A stretch of 64,000 bases of DNA from Chiloscyllium plagiosum (GCF_004010195.1 NC_057754.1:845318-909317), one strand, 5' to 3'. Counted from the first letter of the stretch, positions 12,950 through 26,066 are shown. Made by a program: numbers and translations. Notes: generated by a model from the letters alone, not told the origin.

Positions 12950-15600
12950 TTATGGGAGCAGGCACTGTCAGACGGTCAGTGTCATGGGAGCAGGCACTGT
13001 CAGACGGTCAGTATTGAGGGAGCAGGCACTATCAGAGGGTCAGTGTTGTGGGAGCAGGCACTGTCATACAGTCAGTGTTGTGGGAGCAGGCACTGTCAGA
13101 CGGTCAGTGATGTGGGAGCAGGTACTTTCAGACGGTCAGTGTTGTGGGACCAGGCACTGTCAGAGGGTCAGTGTTGTGGGAGCAGGCACTGTCAGAGGGT
13201 CAGTGTTGTGGCAGCAGGCACTGTCAGAGGGTCAGTGTTGTGGGAGCAGGCACTGTCAGAGGGTCAGTGTTGTGGGGGCAGGCACTGTCAGAGGGTCAGT
13301 GTTGTGGGAGCAGGCACTGTCAGAGGGTCAGTGTTGTGGGAGCAGGCACTGTCAGACGGTCAGTGTTATGTGAGCAGGCACTGTCAGACGGTCAGTGTTG
13401 AGAGAGCAGGCACTATCAGAGGGTCAGTGTTGTGGGACAGGCACTGTCAGACGGTCAGTGTTGTTGGATCAGGCACTGTCAGACGGTCAGTGTTATGTGA
13501 GCAGGCACTGTCAGACGGTCAGTGTTGTGGGAGCAGGCACTGTCAGACGGTCAGTTTTATGGGAGCAGACACTGTCAGACGGTCAGTGTTGTGGGATCAG
13601 GCACTATCAGAGGGTCAGTGTTGTGGGATCAGGCACTGTCAAAGGGTCAGTGTTGTGGGAGCAGGCACGGTCAGACGGTCAGTGTTGTGGGAGCAGGTAC
13701 TGTCAGAGGGTCAGTGTTGTGGGAGCAGGCACTGTGAGATGGTCAGTGTTGTGGGAGCAGGCACTGTCAGACGGTCAGTGATGTGGGAGCAGGCACAGTC
13801 AGACGGTCAGTGTTATGGGAGCAGGCACTATCAGAGGGTCAGTGTTGTGGGAGCAGGCACTGTCAGACGGTCAGTGTTATGGGAGCAGGCACTGTCAGAC
13901 GGTCAGTGTTGTGGGACAGGCACTGTCAGAGGGTCAGTGTTGTGGGATCAGGCACTGTCAGAGGGTCAGTGTTATGGGAGCAGGCACTGTCAGAGGGTCA
14001 GTGTTTTGGGACAGGCACTGTCAGAGGGTCAGTGTTTTGGGACAGGCACTGTCAGAGGGTCAGTGTTTTGGGACAGGCACTGTCAGAGGGTCAGTGTTTT
14101 GGGACAGGCACTGTCAGAGGGTCAGTGTTTTGGGACAGGCACTGTCAGAGGGTCAGTGTTTTGGGACAGGCACTGTCAGAGGGTCAGTGTTTTGGGACAG
14201 GCACTGTCAGAGGGTCAGTGTTTTGGGACAGGCACTGTCAGAGGGTCAGTGTTTTGGGACAGGCACTGTCAGAGGGTCAGTGTTTTGGGACAGGCACTGT
14301 CAGAGGGTCAGTGTTTTGGGACAGGCACTGTCAGAGGGTCAGTGTTTTGGGACAGGCACTGTCAGAGGGTCAGTGTTTTGGGACAGGCACTGTCAGAGGG
14401 TCAGTGTTTTGGGACAGGCACTGTCAGAGGGTCAGTGTTTTGGGACAGGCACTGTCAGAGGGTCAGTGTTTTGGGACAGGCACTGTCAGAGGGTCAGTGT
14501 TTTGGGACAGGCACTGTCAGAGGGTCAGTGTTTTGGGACAGGCACTGTCAGAGGGTCAGTGTTTTGGGACAGGCACTGTCAGAGGGTCAGTGTTTTGGGA
14601 CAGGCACTGTCAGAGGGTCAGTGTTTTGGGACAGGCACTGTCAGAGGGTCAGTGTTTTGGGACAGGCACTGTCAGAGGGTCAGTGTTTTGGGACAGGCAC
14701 TGTCAGAGGGTCAGTGTTTTGGGACAGGCACTGTCAGAGGGTCAGTGTTTTGGGACAGGCACTGTCAGAGGGTCAGTGTTTTGGGACAGGCACTGTCAGA
14801 GGGTCAGTGTTTTGGGACAGGCACTGTCAGAGGGTCAGTGTTTTGGGACAGGCACTGTCAGAGGGTCAGTGTTTTGGGACAGGCACTGTCAGAGGGTCAG
14901 TGTTTTGGGACAGGCACTGTCAGAGGGTCAGTGTTTTGGGACAGGCACTGTCAGAGGGTCAGTGTTTTGGGACAGGCACTGTCAGAGGGTCAGTGTTTTG
15001 GGACAGGCACTGTCAGAGGGTCAGTGTTTTGGGACAGGCACTGTCAGAGGGTCAGTGTTTTGGGACAGGCACTGTCAGAGGGTCAGTGTTTTGGGACAGG
15101 CACTGTCAGAGGGTCAGTGTTTTGGGACAGGCACTGTCAGAGGGTCAGTGTTTTGGGACAGGCACTGTCAGAGGGTCAGTGTTTTGGGACAGGCACTGTC
15201 AGAGGGTCAGTGTTTTGGGACAGGCACTGTCAGAGGGTCAGTGTTTTGGGACAGGCACTGTCAGAGGGTCAGTGTTTTGGGACAGGCACTTCAGAGGGTC
15301 AGTGTTGTGGGAGCTGGCACTGTCAGAGGGTCAGTGTTGTGGGACAGGCACTGTCAGACGGTCACTGTTGTGGGAGCAGACACTATCAGAGGGTCTGTGT
15401 TGTGGGAGCAGGCACTATCAGAGGGTCAGTGTTGTGGGACAGGCACTGTCAGACGGTCAGTGTTTGGGAGCAGGCACGGTCAGAGGGTCAGTGTTATGGG
15501 AGCAGGCACTGTCAGACGGTCAGTGTTGCGGGGAGTAGGCACTGTCACACGGTTAGTGATGACGGGGATCTGCACTGTCATACGATCAGTGGTGAGGATG
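12950..15600. repeat. Minisatellite with 31-32 bp unit; central block (about 13985-15290) is a perfect 31-mer array of roughly 42 copies
   Basis: Unit GGGACAGGCACTGTCAGAGGGTCAGTGTTTT; variable 32-mers (GGGAGCAGGCACTGTCAGA[C/G]GGTCAGTGTTGT) on both sides; begins at a gap. Confidence 0.95.
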
Positions 15601-17204
15601 CAATGGTGTTGGTTGTGCCCTCTTTCGATTTTGGGTCATTCTAAGATTGTTGTCCATTGGAGCTTGCAGTCTGTAAATTGGCTGCTGCATCTTCTATCAG
15701 TAACTGGCTTTGTTTTAAAGCACTTTGGACTATTCGTAGGTGTGACTGCTCACACTCCCACGTTGTTGGCGGGTTGTCATTCATGATTGGAAAGGCGCTG
15801 AGAGAGTCTTGCTGCTGCCATAAATCATGCGAGACTCCCAAAATATTTCAAATGAAGTAGGTACTCAGTCTTTCTGAGACCTACACTTTGAAACAGTCTC
15901 GGCTTGGCACTTCTTTGTCGTTCTCACTCAGCTCAGCTCAGCTCAGCTTAGACAAACAGACAAATAGACAAATAATTCTCGGCAAAGTGCAGCAGTGACA
16001 CCTACAGTTTGTGCAGGTACGGCAGGTACCAAACGTCAGAAAGAAACCAGGAATTCATTTAAAATATTTGTTTGCCTTTGGCTGAGAAACACTTGCTTAT
16101 CACTTGAGCCATTCACAATCCCAGGACAAATTGTAGGCTTTGAAAGCCAACTAAGTAATTATTGTTAAAGTGAGGCCTCTGTTGTGATGTAGAAAACATG
16201 AAAGTCAATTGGCAGCACAGCAAGATCCTGCCCACAGCCATGTGCTTATGACACAGCCATTTCTCAGCAAATGTGTTGAGGGATTGAAATTGGGTAAAAC
16301 TTACTCTTGCCCTTTTCAAAAACAGAGAACATTTTTTACCGTCAGAAGGTCCACAACCTCGATATTTATTCCCTCACTGTGTGTGAGATCTTGCTGTGCA
16401 TAGCCTTTCTGCCCTGTTTCCCACATTACAACAGTGACAACACTTCAATGAAAATCTTCCTTTTTTGATTTGTTCATTGGACATGGGCATCGCTGGCTGG
16501 GTCAGCAGCCCATTGCCTGACCCTAGTTTCCCTAGAGAGGGTGGTGCTGAGCTGCCTTCTTGAACCTGTTGTTGAACAGAGCCACTACACATGACGTGGA
16601 CAGGCTTGTCCCAGCTCAGGACAGATCGTTCTACACCCATCCTTGACTCTGCTTTATCGACATTTTCCTAACCAACCTGCTCAGAGATGTTATTACACCT
16701 TGAGACTAGGCCTCTTGGATCAGAGGTAGGAACACTACCACTGGACCATTAAAACCCTCCAGGGTCTGCTTCAATCTTTTCTCTCTTATACCCAGCCACA
16801 CAACTGAGCAACTTCACCACCACCAAAATCCCTGGGACTTTGTTTTTAATTACTTTAACTACCAACAGTAATCACCCATGGCGCCAATCAAATATTTACA
16901 AGCAAAGGCCTTTATGGCCAATGGAAACCATCAAAAATGAAGGAGAGGGGAGGGTGAGAGGGAAGGGGCTAAATCAAACTGGAATTGGAGGGACAAATAA
17001 AGCACTACATCCCTCATGGTGCCCACCTCTCTAAAGGCATCAAGAGAGACAGATGGATTTGAACCTGGATCCCTTGAGTCTTCTGTGTGTCTCTGGAATA
17101 TTACTGCAGCAACAATATCACCGCACTATCAACTCCCCAGTAAAAGCAGCTAAAGAGCAGAGTTTCAGCAGATAGGCCATGCCTGTATGAACTCATACTC
17201 AACT

Positions 17205-18530
17205 AGCTCCCTAAGGAGCTCCATTGGCCTCATAGGGGTTGTCACACTAGTAGTTGTGGGCATGGAAAGTGATTTCTAAGAAACCATTGTGAATTTCTGC
17301 AGTGTACCTTGTAAATGGTACACACTGCTGCAACTGAGTGTTGATGGTGGATGGAGTAGATGTAATGCCAATCAAGTAGGCTGCATTATCCAGGATGTCA
17401 AGCTTCCTGAATGTTGTGGAGCTGCACTCCACCAGGGAAGAGGGGAGTATTCCTTCACACTCCTGCCTTGTATCTTGGAGATGGATAGGTTCTGGGGAGT
17501 CAGGAGATGAGTTACTCAGTATAGGATTCCCAACTTCTGACCTGCACTGAATTTATATAACTAGTCCAGTTCAATTTCTTGTCAATAGTAACCCTCAGGA
17601 TGTTGATAGTGGGGCATTCAGTGATGGTAGTGCCAAAGAATTTGAAAGGGTAATGAATAGATTGCCTGGCATTTGGGTGACATGAATGTTACTTGCTACT
17701 TATCATCCCAAGCCTCGATATTGCTCAAGTTCTGTAGCATTCCCCACTCTGACCTTATTGTGCAGAGAAGGTCATTGATGAAGCAGCTAAGATGGTTGGG
17801 CCTAGGACACTATCTTGAGGAACTCCTGCAGACCTGCCTTGGAACTGAGATGACTGACCTTCAACAACCACAAACATCTTCCGATGTCCCAGGTATGACT
17901 CCAACCAGAGGAGAGTTTTATTCCCAACTCCCATTGACTCCAGGTTTCCTAGAGCTCCCTAATATGCTGAGTGGCCCTGGCGGAACCCAAACTGGGTGTC
18001 ACTGAGCAGGCTTTTGCTGAGCAGGTGCTATTTGATAACACTGTTGATGACACCTTCGATCACTTTACTGACGGTCGAGAGTAGACTGATGGGGTAGTAA
18101 TTGGTGAGTTGGATTTGTCCTGCTCTTTATGTACAGGACATACCTGGGCAATTTTCCACATTGTCTGATAGATGACAGTGTTGTAGCTGTACTGGAACAG
18201 CTTAGCGAGGTGAGCAGCAAGTTCTAGAACACAATTCTTCAGTACTGTTGCCATTATGTTGTCAGGGCCCATAGCCTCTGCAGTGTCCAGTGCCTCCAAC
18301 TGTTTCTTGATATCATATGGAATGAACTGAATTGGCAGAAGACTGCAGGAGGAGGCCGAGATGGATCACCCACTTGGCACTACCACTTGAAGATTAGTGG
18401 AAAAGCTTCAGCCTTATCTTTTGCACTGATGGGCTGGGCTGTTCCTTCATTGAGGATAGGGATATTTGTGGAGTCTCCCTCTCCATCTCAGCCACCATTT
18501 ATGACTGCATGTAGCAGGACTGCAGATAAA
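17205..18530 (-). mobile_element. Degenerate LINE of a second CR1-group family (related fragments at about 25690-26040, 30200-30790, 50730-51620)
   Basis: AMGPDNIMATVLKNCVLELAAHLAKLFQYSYNT..WKIAQVCPVHK, a non-LTR RT N-terminal segment; LAKLFQYSYNTGIY recurs at about 30240. Confidence 0.7.
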
Positions 18531-18969
18531 GTTGCTGGGTGTGTTTTGGAGAGCCTGAGCTCATGCAAGGTGCAACTGTTACATTTATTTAATTGTTTTA
18601 TTCATCGCTGTCAGGATGTAGGCCCTGCTGAAAATGGTGATATTCATTGGTTGTCTTTAATCAGTTGTTTTCGTTTCACCAATTACCACTGTCTTGGCCG
18701 CTGGAGAGAACATGAAGGTCACCTCCATTGATCTAGTACTGGGGTCAATCAAAAATCTCTCCAATTCAGCCCTGAACACACAGCTTCCATTGATTGGGGT
18801 GGGGGGGGGGGGAGAATAGAGACAGAATTCCACTACCTTCTCATTACCATCTGTGAAGAAATTTGTCCTCATCTCCCTTAAATGGGAGACTGTGCACCCG
18901 AGTGCCAGAATCCCCCAACAAGGAGTCATCCTCTCAGTATCCACCCTGTTTAGTCCTCTCAGGATCTTA

Positions 18970-19105
18970 ACCAAAAAAAACCAGCTGCGGATGCTGGAAA
19001 TCTGAAATGTTTCAGGTCTACTGAGCCTTCTTCAGAATGGCATTAACTCTGCTTTCTCTCCTCAGACACTGCCAGACCTGCTGAGTTTCTCCAAGGATTT
19101 GTTTT
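18970..19105. mobile_element. Short Penelope-derived element with 14-bp TSD upstream of ROM1 (relatives at about 20250, 23455, 24185)
   Basis: CTCTCAGGATCTTA at 18956-18969 and 19106-19119; GCCAGACCTGCTGAGTTT terminal motif. Confidence 0.6.
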
Positions 19106-19254
19106 CTCTCAGGATCTTATATGTTTCAATAAGATCACCTTTCATTCTTTGAAACTTTGATCAGGAGTGGCTCAATGTGCTAACCTTTCTTCACAAGATT
19201 GCTAGTCTCATCCGACAGCCACTATCTACCCATAATGTGAAACACAATAGTTTC

Positions 19255-19570
19255 CCATAGTAAGCTGAGACAAGGACAGAGATGAGTGGATTATAATGGC
19301 ACATTACAGAGCTATAACTGAGGTATTAAAGACTGTAAGTACTGATAAAGCTCACAGGTGACATTGAAACGGAATTTGCTGATTTGGACAAATATCTCTC
19401 TGTTCTTATTGGTAGGACACTGGTTCCAAATCAGAGCTTACCACCTGGTGTTTGGGAAATTAGGTCAAAGCTTTTCTCTTGATTTGCCCTCAGTGAACTG
19501 CAGTGAACTGTGCAGCTCCACAATGGATGAACAGTTAGGACTGCTGCACTCAAGCCCATCTGATTGGACT
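19255..19570 (+). promoter_or_regulatory. Candidate photoreceptor promoter of ROM1 (CRX/OTX, NRL/Maf half-site, RORE, CCAAT)
   Basis: TAAGCT 19261, GGATTA 19288-19293, AT-flanked TGCTGA about 19377, AGCTTA 19435, AAATTAGGTCA 19457-19467 (RORE consensus), ATTGG about 19563; all within about 400 bp of the ATG in non-repeat DNA. Confidence 0.5.
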
Positions 19571-19663
19571 GCGTTGTGAATCCCCCTGGCCCCAGTAGCC
19601 CTTCCCTCCCTGGAGATTGAAAGAGAGAGGGTGGCAGAGATTGTTTGAAAAACCAGCACAGAC

Positions 19664-20244
19664 ATGGTTTTACTCAAAGTGAAATTCACCTTTCAAAAAC
19701 GTGTCCACTTGGCGCAAACCCTATGGATGCTCTGCTGGCTCTCAGTCCTTACTGGAATCCTGACTTTCGCTTTGGGAATTTACCTCAAATGTGAGCTGAA
19801 GAGACGGAGTGAGGTGATGGACAACACTGATATTCACCTTGTCCCCAATACCCTGATCGTGGTGGGCCTCCTGTCTATGCTCCTCAACTTCATCGGGGTG
19901 AAGATCAGCAGTGATTCATTGGACCTGGCCAAGTTCCCCCGATGGAAGGGTTATGTGGAGCCGTACCTCGTCTTTTCATTCCTCTTCACCTTCCTCATGC
20001 TGTTTGCTTCACTCCTGAGCTACTTCATGAGAGGGAACCTGGACGCCTCGCTGAAGATTGGCCTGAGAAACGGAATCCGTTTCTACAAGGACACAGACAC
20101 CCCAGGGAGGTGCTATCAGAAGAGGACCATAGACCACATCCAGATGGAATTCCAATGCTGTGGCAACAACAATTACAAGGACTGGTTTGATGTGCAGTGG
20201 ATCAGTAACCGATATCTAGACTTCAACAACAAGGAAGTCAGGGA
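19664..20244 (+). CDS. ROM1: ROM1 / peripherin-2 family photoreceptor tetraspanin, coding exon 1 (581 nt, phase-2 donor)
   Basis: ATG at 19664; translation MVLLKVKFTFQKRVHLAQTLW...DTDTPGRCYQKRTIDHIQMEFQCCGNNNYKDWFDVQWISNRYLDFNNKEVR; ends GA|GTAAGT. Motifs KFxFQKRV, DNTDIHxVPNTL, FPRWK and CxQK resemble fish rom1 more than PRPH2 (recalled). Linkage to MTA2 also favours ROM1. Confidence 0.9.
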
Positions 20245-21144
20245 GTAAGTTCTGACAAAATATCACCAGTCTGAAATGTTAACTCTGTCTCTCTCCTTAC
20301 ATATGCTGCTGACAGGCTCTTGGGTTTTGCTGGTTTTATGTCAGTATTTCTTTCTGCTTTGTCTCTTTGAAAGGTATTAATCTTTTCAGTGCTCCCCTCC
20401 CCCCACCCCATCATCTCTCTGCTTGGTCTCCCTCAGTGGGGTGACCCAACTGAGGAAACTCGAGGTCAGTAGAGAGAGATTCACCCTGAGTAAGGGGCAG
20501 AACCTTCAGATCGGAGATGGGGTGATGTCAGGAAGCACTTCTTCACACAAATGGGAGGGCAAATGTAGTATTCCACCCCTCCCCCTCCCACTGCCCAAAA
20601 ATGGCCCTCGAGGCCAGCAGGGGGGAGGTCAGTGTGAGGGGCAAGGGTGAATTGAAAATGTGAGAGGTCATGTCGGTAGATTTTTGTTACATTGAATTGA
20701 CAGCACAGACAGGCCATTGGAGCCAAGGCACCCTGCACTGGTGTCTGCTCTCCACTCACCCTGCTTCCTGCCACCAGAATCTGACAGTCCTTTCTCCATT
20801 GCGTGCTTCAATAACTCCATACTTTATCCCCAGCTAAGGTAATTAAGTGATTACAGCACAAGGGGAGATGAGTTTAAGATACAGATCAGTCGTGATCTGA
20901 TGGAATGGTAGAGCAGGGCTTGGGGCTGAATTGCCTCCTGCTGTCTCAGTGTTGAGTGTGAATTGAATTCCAGGAACTGAAAGTTCAGGTGAATCTGGGG
21001 TAGGAGTTGGTCCCTTCTGCTCACCCTACCATTCCAAAAAATCCTGGCTGATCCAAGTGTGGCCTCACCCCCACAAATCCCACCGATCCCCCCAGTACTC
21101 TGGTTAGTCAAAAGCCTCTCTACCTTTACCTCCAAAATGTACAC

Positions 21145-21650
21145 TGAGGCCACTTTTGGAATACTGTGTTCAATTCGGGTTTCCCTGCTATATGAAAGAT
21201 GTTGTGAAACTTGAAAGGGTTTGGAAAAGATTTACAAGCATGTTGCCAGGGTTGGAGGATTTGAGCTACAGGGAGAGGCTGAACAGGCTGGGGCTGTTTT
21301 CTCTGGAGTGTTGGAGGCTGAGGGGTGACCTTATAGAGGTTTACAAAATCATGAGGGGCATGGATAGGGTGAACAGCCAAGATCTTTCCCCAGGATAGAG
21401 GAGTCCAAACTCGAGGGCATAGGTTTAGGGTGAGAGCGGAAAGATTTAAAAGGGACCTACAGGATAACTTTTTCACGCAGAGGGTGATGCGTGTATGGCA
21501 TCTGGATGGGTATATGAATAGGAAGGGTTTAGAGGGATATGGGCCAAAAGCTGACAAATGGGATTAGATTAATTTAGGATATCTGGTCAGTATGGACGTG
21601 TTGGATCAAAGGGTCTGTTTCTGTGCTGTACATCTCTATGACTCTATGAG
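21145..21650 (+). mobile_element. CR1-type LINE 3' fragment in ROM1 intron 1
   Basis: EYCVQFGFP..LERVWKRFTSMLPG..RLRGDLIEVYKIM; tail CTCTATGACTCTATGA. Confidence 0.85.
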
Positions 21651-22754
21651 TCAACTACTGTTCTCTGGGGAAGAGAGTCCTACAGCCCTCGGAGAGAATC
21701 AGACTCCTCCTCAGCTCTAATAATGAACATGTGTCGATTATTGGTCAGACCACACAGAGGTGGTTCCAGTCACACATTACAACAGCTGGTGAAGGCACTG
21801 GAGAGGGAGCACAGAGGGTCTACCAGAAATTTACACACTTATACATCAGGAAAGGACTGGCAGTCTGGGTGGCCTCTCTCAGGGAAATATTGGAAGTAAT
21901 TCAAAAGACATTCACTTGGCAGATTCCTGGGATGAAAGAGTTGATTTATCAAGAATGGCTAAACAGGTGAGGCCTTTATTCATTAGAGTTTAGAAGAATG
22001 AGGGGTGATCTTTTGGAACATATAAGATTCTGAAAGGACTTGACAGAGGAGATGTTGAGATGTTTTCACTAGTGGGGGCATCTCAAACTAGGGGCTAGAG
22101 TTAAGGAGACACTCACTTAAAACAGAGGTATGAATGTTTGGAATTCTCCAGCCCAGACAGTAGTGGAAGCTACACCACTGGAAGTATTCAAAGAGGAGGT
22201 AGATGCATTTTTGCAATATCAGGGAGTTGAGGGTCAGGAGAAGTGGACACAGAAGAGGACTTGAGTCTAGGGATAGGACTGATGGGTCAAATAGCCAACT
22301 CTTGATCCCATTTCTTAGGATCTGAAACTGGGCGGTGACCTAAATGAGGTCACTAACTTGATGAAAGGTTCTGACAGACTGGATACAGACCCAATGCTTC
22401 CTCTGTCACGGAAAAGCAGATCCAAGGGACATTAAGGGACCTGAGCAGGAATTAAGGAGAAATGTTCCCCCTCCTCCCCCAGTGAGTGGGGAGAATGTGG
22501 ACACACTCTCACAGGGAGGGCTCAACAGGAATCATGTCAATCCAATGAAGAGAGAGCTGAACAAATAGGTGAGGGAGAAGGGAGGAGAGGTTTTCCACGG
22601 TAAGTTTATGCAATTAAAGATGGGAGGACACACTCGCCAGCAAGGGCTGGTTGGGCTGAATGGTCTGCTACTGGGTGGGGTTTATCCTGTGTAAGTCTGA
22701 ATAATGAGTAGGCTCTCCCTCCATGTGATCTAACATGTTTGGATATGGTTTCAG

Positions 22755-23001
22755 TCGCATTAAGAGCAATGTGGATGGCAGGTACCTGATCGATGGTGTC
22801 CCCTTCAGTTGCTGTAACCCAAACTCTCCTCGACCCTGTATTCAGCGTCAGATCACCAACAATTCTGCACATTTCAACTACGAGTTTCAGACGGAAGAGC
22901 TGAACTTGTGGATGACAGGATGTCGAGAGGCTCTGCTCAGCTATTATACAGGGATGATGGCAACCATTGGGACCAGTGTGCTGCTCTGTTATGTCACACA
23001 G
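22755..23001 (+). CDS. ROM1: ROM1 coding exon 2 (247 nt; EC2/D2 loop and start of TM4)
   Basis: TTTCAG|T CGC ATT AAG gives (D)[88 protein letters not shown]. Phase joins exon 1 (GA+T = Asp). Confidence 0.92.
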
Positions 23002-23946
23002 GTAAGAGCTTCCCTCCCCTGCATAGCCAGGCCATGTCCTCATGCACTCTCCCTCAGAGTTTCCCTTTCTCCTGGGGTAGTTAAAAGCAGCACTGTCACC
23101 AAACAAGGAAAGGAAATAGAGAATCAGCCTCCATTGAATGGTGGAACATCTTGATGGGCTGAATGGCCTACTTCTGTCCACATGTCTTACTCCCAGGAGA
23201 AGGCTGGTGCTGTGGAGATCTATCCCCAGGATGCTTACTATCTTGTTGTCCACTTCTGGCAGCCTGACCTCTCCCCCATCATGCTTTGCTACTGGGAGTA
23301 TTTAGTCATTAGTGAATACAAATGTCCAGAGCCAGCTGGGTTTAAGGTCATTATTCTGTGAGTCTGTAGAGGGGACACTCGATAATATGAAGAGATGTCT
23401 GTGTCTCACCACATGTGTGTTAGGGATTTGTACTGAAGCCCTAGTGATACAGACAAACAGAAACAGAAACAGAAATAGCTGGAAACCCTCAGCAGGTCTG
23501 GTAGCATCTGTGGAGACAGCAACAGAGTTAACATTTTGGGTCCAGTGCCCCTTGTTCAGAACCGATGCAAGTGATAATGACTGAGGTTGGCTGCGTAGGG
23601 ATGCTGGCTGGTCCTGAACCAGTTTAGAAAGCATTACTCTCATTGTGGCCATTCTAAGCCAACCCACTGACATATGGGGCTTTGTCACAAAGAATATGTG
23701 TCTCCCACGGCTGGATTCAGTGGATATCCTTTTGCTGGATCTTGTTTCAGGTGGGACCACAGCATCAGAAACGGGAAGGCCTTCCAAATTTTGCAATGTA
23801 ATGTCAAAGCCTTCTGACTCTCAAGACAAACCTCATTGGCTTGTCTTACTCCCAAGGAAAGTGAGTTGGCGTAACAGCTGAGTGTGTGTTGGGGAATGGG
23901 GAGAGGTGCAGGGGTCAGGAAGGATTACAAAAGCAGAGTGCTCCTT

Positions 23947-24066
23947 TTTTTTTTATAGATATTTTTATTAGAAATTTAACATTTTCGCCTCGTCGAATGC
24001 CTTCCTCTTTCGAACCAGAGCCGGGGAAAAGTCCTGAAATAGCATGATCTTGGATCCTTTGTAGAT
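23947..24066 (-). mobile_element. Tiny L1-type insertion: ORF1 fragment fused to AATAAA and poly(A)
   Basis: Minus strand IYKGSKIMLFQDFSPALVRKRKAFDEAK, then AATAAA and an A tract; TSD CAGAGTGCTCCTT at 23934-23946 and 24067-24079. Confidence 0.7.
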
Positions 24067-26066
24067 CAGAGTGCTCCTTAAACAGAGAATGAATACTAAG
24101 ATGCAGGGGGATTTCGGTGTTCTAGTGTTTCTGACACAAAACCTTAGTGTGCAGGTGCAACAAGTTCTTTAGAAAGAAGGGCAGGGTTCTGAAGAAGAGT
24201 CACTGAACCTGAAACGTTATCTCTGATTTCTCTTTACAGATACTGCCAGACTTGCTGAGCCTTTCCAACAATTACCGTTTTTGTATTTTAGAAGACAAAT
24301 TGTTTTGCAAGGGGGATTGAACGTATAAGTAAGGATGCAATGCTTCAGTTATACAAGGCAGTGGTGAGACTACATCTTGAATACTGTGTGCAGTTTTGGA
24401 GTCCTTATTTAAGGAAAGATGTGAATAGAAAGAAGGTGGTTTACTGGATTGATACCTGAAATGAGTGGGTTATCTAATGAGGAAAGATTGGACAGGATGG
24501 GCTTGTTTCCACCGGATTTGTTAAAAGTGAGGATGACAACTGGCAAATATAAGATCTTGTTTGGCAGGTAATTCCGGGTGATCAAGGGTTTCTGGAATTC
24601 TTGCTGTTTAAGATAAAAGAGTGAGGTTGGGGTCAGGTGAAGGTCAGAGACATGTCTCCCCAGTCTGTCACTCAGTTACAGATTTTCTTTCCATCATTCC
24701 CAGGGCATGACTGTTACTGGTAAGGCAGCATTTAGTGCCCATCCACCGAGGTGTCTTTGCCCCAGTGTCAGAGAGCGGTTATGAATTAAGCACGGGATCT
24801 GGTGAGCCACATTGGCTTCCTAAAGGGACATAAAATGGTTGGGTCATTCTGACAATTCCAACAGCTCCATGGGGTCACTTTACTCACCGCACTTTCAAAG
24901 ATTGAATCCCACTTCTCGAAGTGAGCTGTTGAGATGTGAATTCTTGCTCCTTAATGACTATTACCATTAGTACCACTATTTCTACTCCCAAACTCACAAA
25001 TGAGATCTCATTGAGACCTATGACTTCCTTTTTGTATTCTGTGTTTTAACCAAGCTTCAATTCCCTGTCGCAAAGCTCAGTGCTGACATTCTCAATACAG
25101 TATACTGCTGTCTCTGGCAGGTGTTTATTGCTGGCCTGGGAGTGGGGAGAGTAATTCTAGATTCCCACTGTCCTGAAGCACTAGGCAGTGCCCCCTGAAC
25201 CCCTTGTTCTGAACCCCACTAGAGCAATTATTTCTCTCTATTTACCCAGTCAAGTCTTTCAATCAATATCTCAGTGCAAGTTCTGATTACCTTCCACAGC
25301 TGTCCACTCATTTTGCCTGGTTTATGTCAAACCCTTATACACCTCTTCGGAATTTTATCCTTATTTTATGTCTTATTCTCCTAACCAAAATATATCAACT
25401 CTACCTCAAATATCATCTGCCACCTGTCCATTCACACCAACCAGTCGGTGTTTAGAGGATTCAGTGGGATCTGGGCCAAATGCTGGCAAATAGGACTAGA
25501 TCAGTTTTGGAGACCTGGTCAGCATGGACGAGTTAGACCAAAGGGTGTTTCCATGCTGCATGACTCTATGACTTCAGTCAAGTCACCTCTCAATCTTCTA
25601 AATGCCAGAGGAAACATGCCCAGTCTGTCCAACCTTTCCTCACAAGGCAACAGGGAGTTCTGTTCCTGTTAACGTAATATCCAGGTTTGGGATGACAAAT
25701 AACAAATAACATTCAGGCCACACAGTCCTAAGCATTGACCACCTTCAACAAGTGAGAATCTAACCATCACCCTTCAAAATTCATTGGCATCATCATCATC
25801 ACTGAAGTGTGTGTGAGACTCCCGAAAGCAAGCCAGTCTACCATCTCCAATGCACAAGGCCGGCATGTCATGGAATACTGCCCACTTGCCTGGATGGGTG
25901 TAGCTCCAACAACACTCAAGAAGCTTGACACCATCCAGGATAAAGTAACGCACTAGATTGGCATCATATTCACAAGCATCCACTCCCTCCAACACCAATG
26001 CTCGGTAGCAGCAATGTATAACATTACATGATTACACTGTGGACATTCTCCAATCTTCCTTCCACA

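Noticed and set aside
13985..15290. CRISPR-like regular array
   Set aside because: Units are directly adjacent with no unique spacers, no cas genes, and the context is vertebrate.
12437..15786. Long ORFs of 1033, 667 and 609 aa
   Set aside because: Translations of the stop-free 31/32-bp minisatellite, partly running through an N gap; no gene structure.
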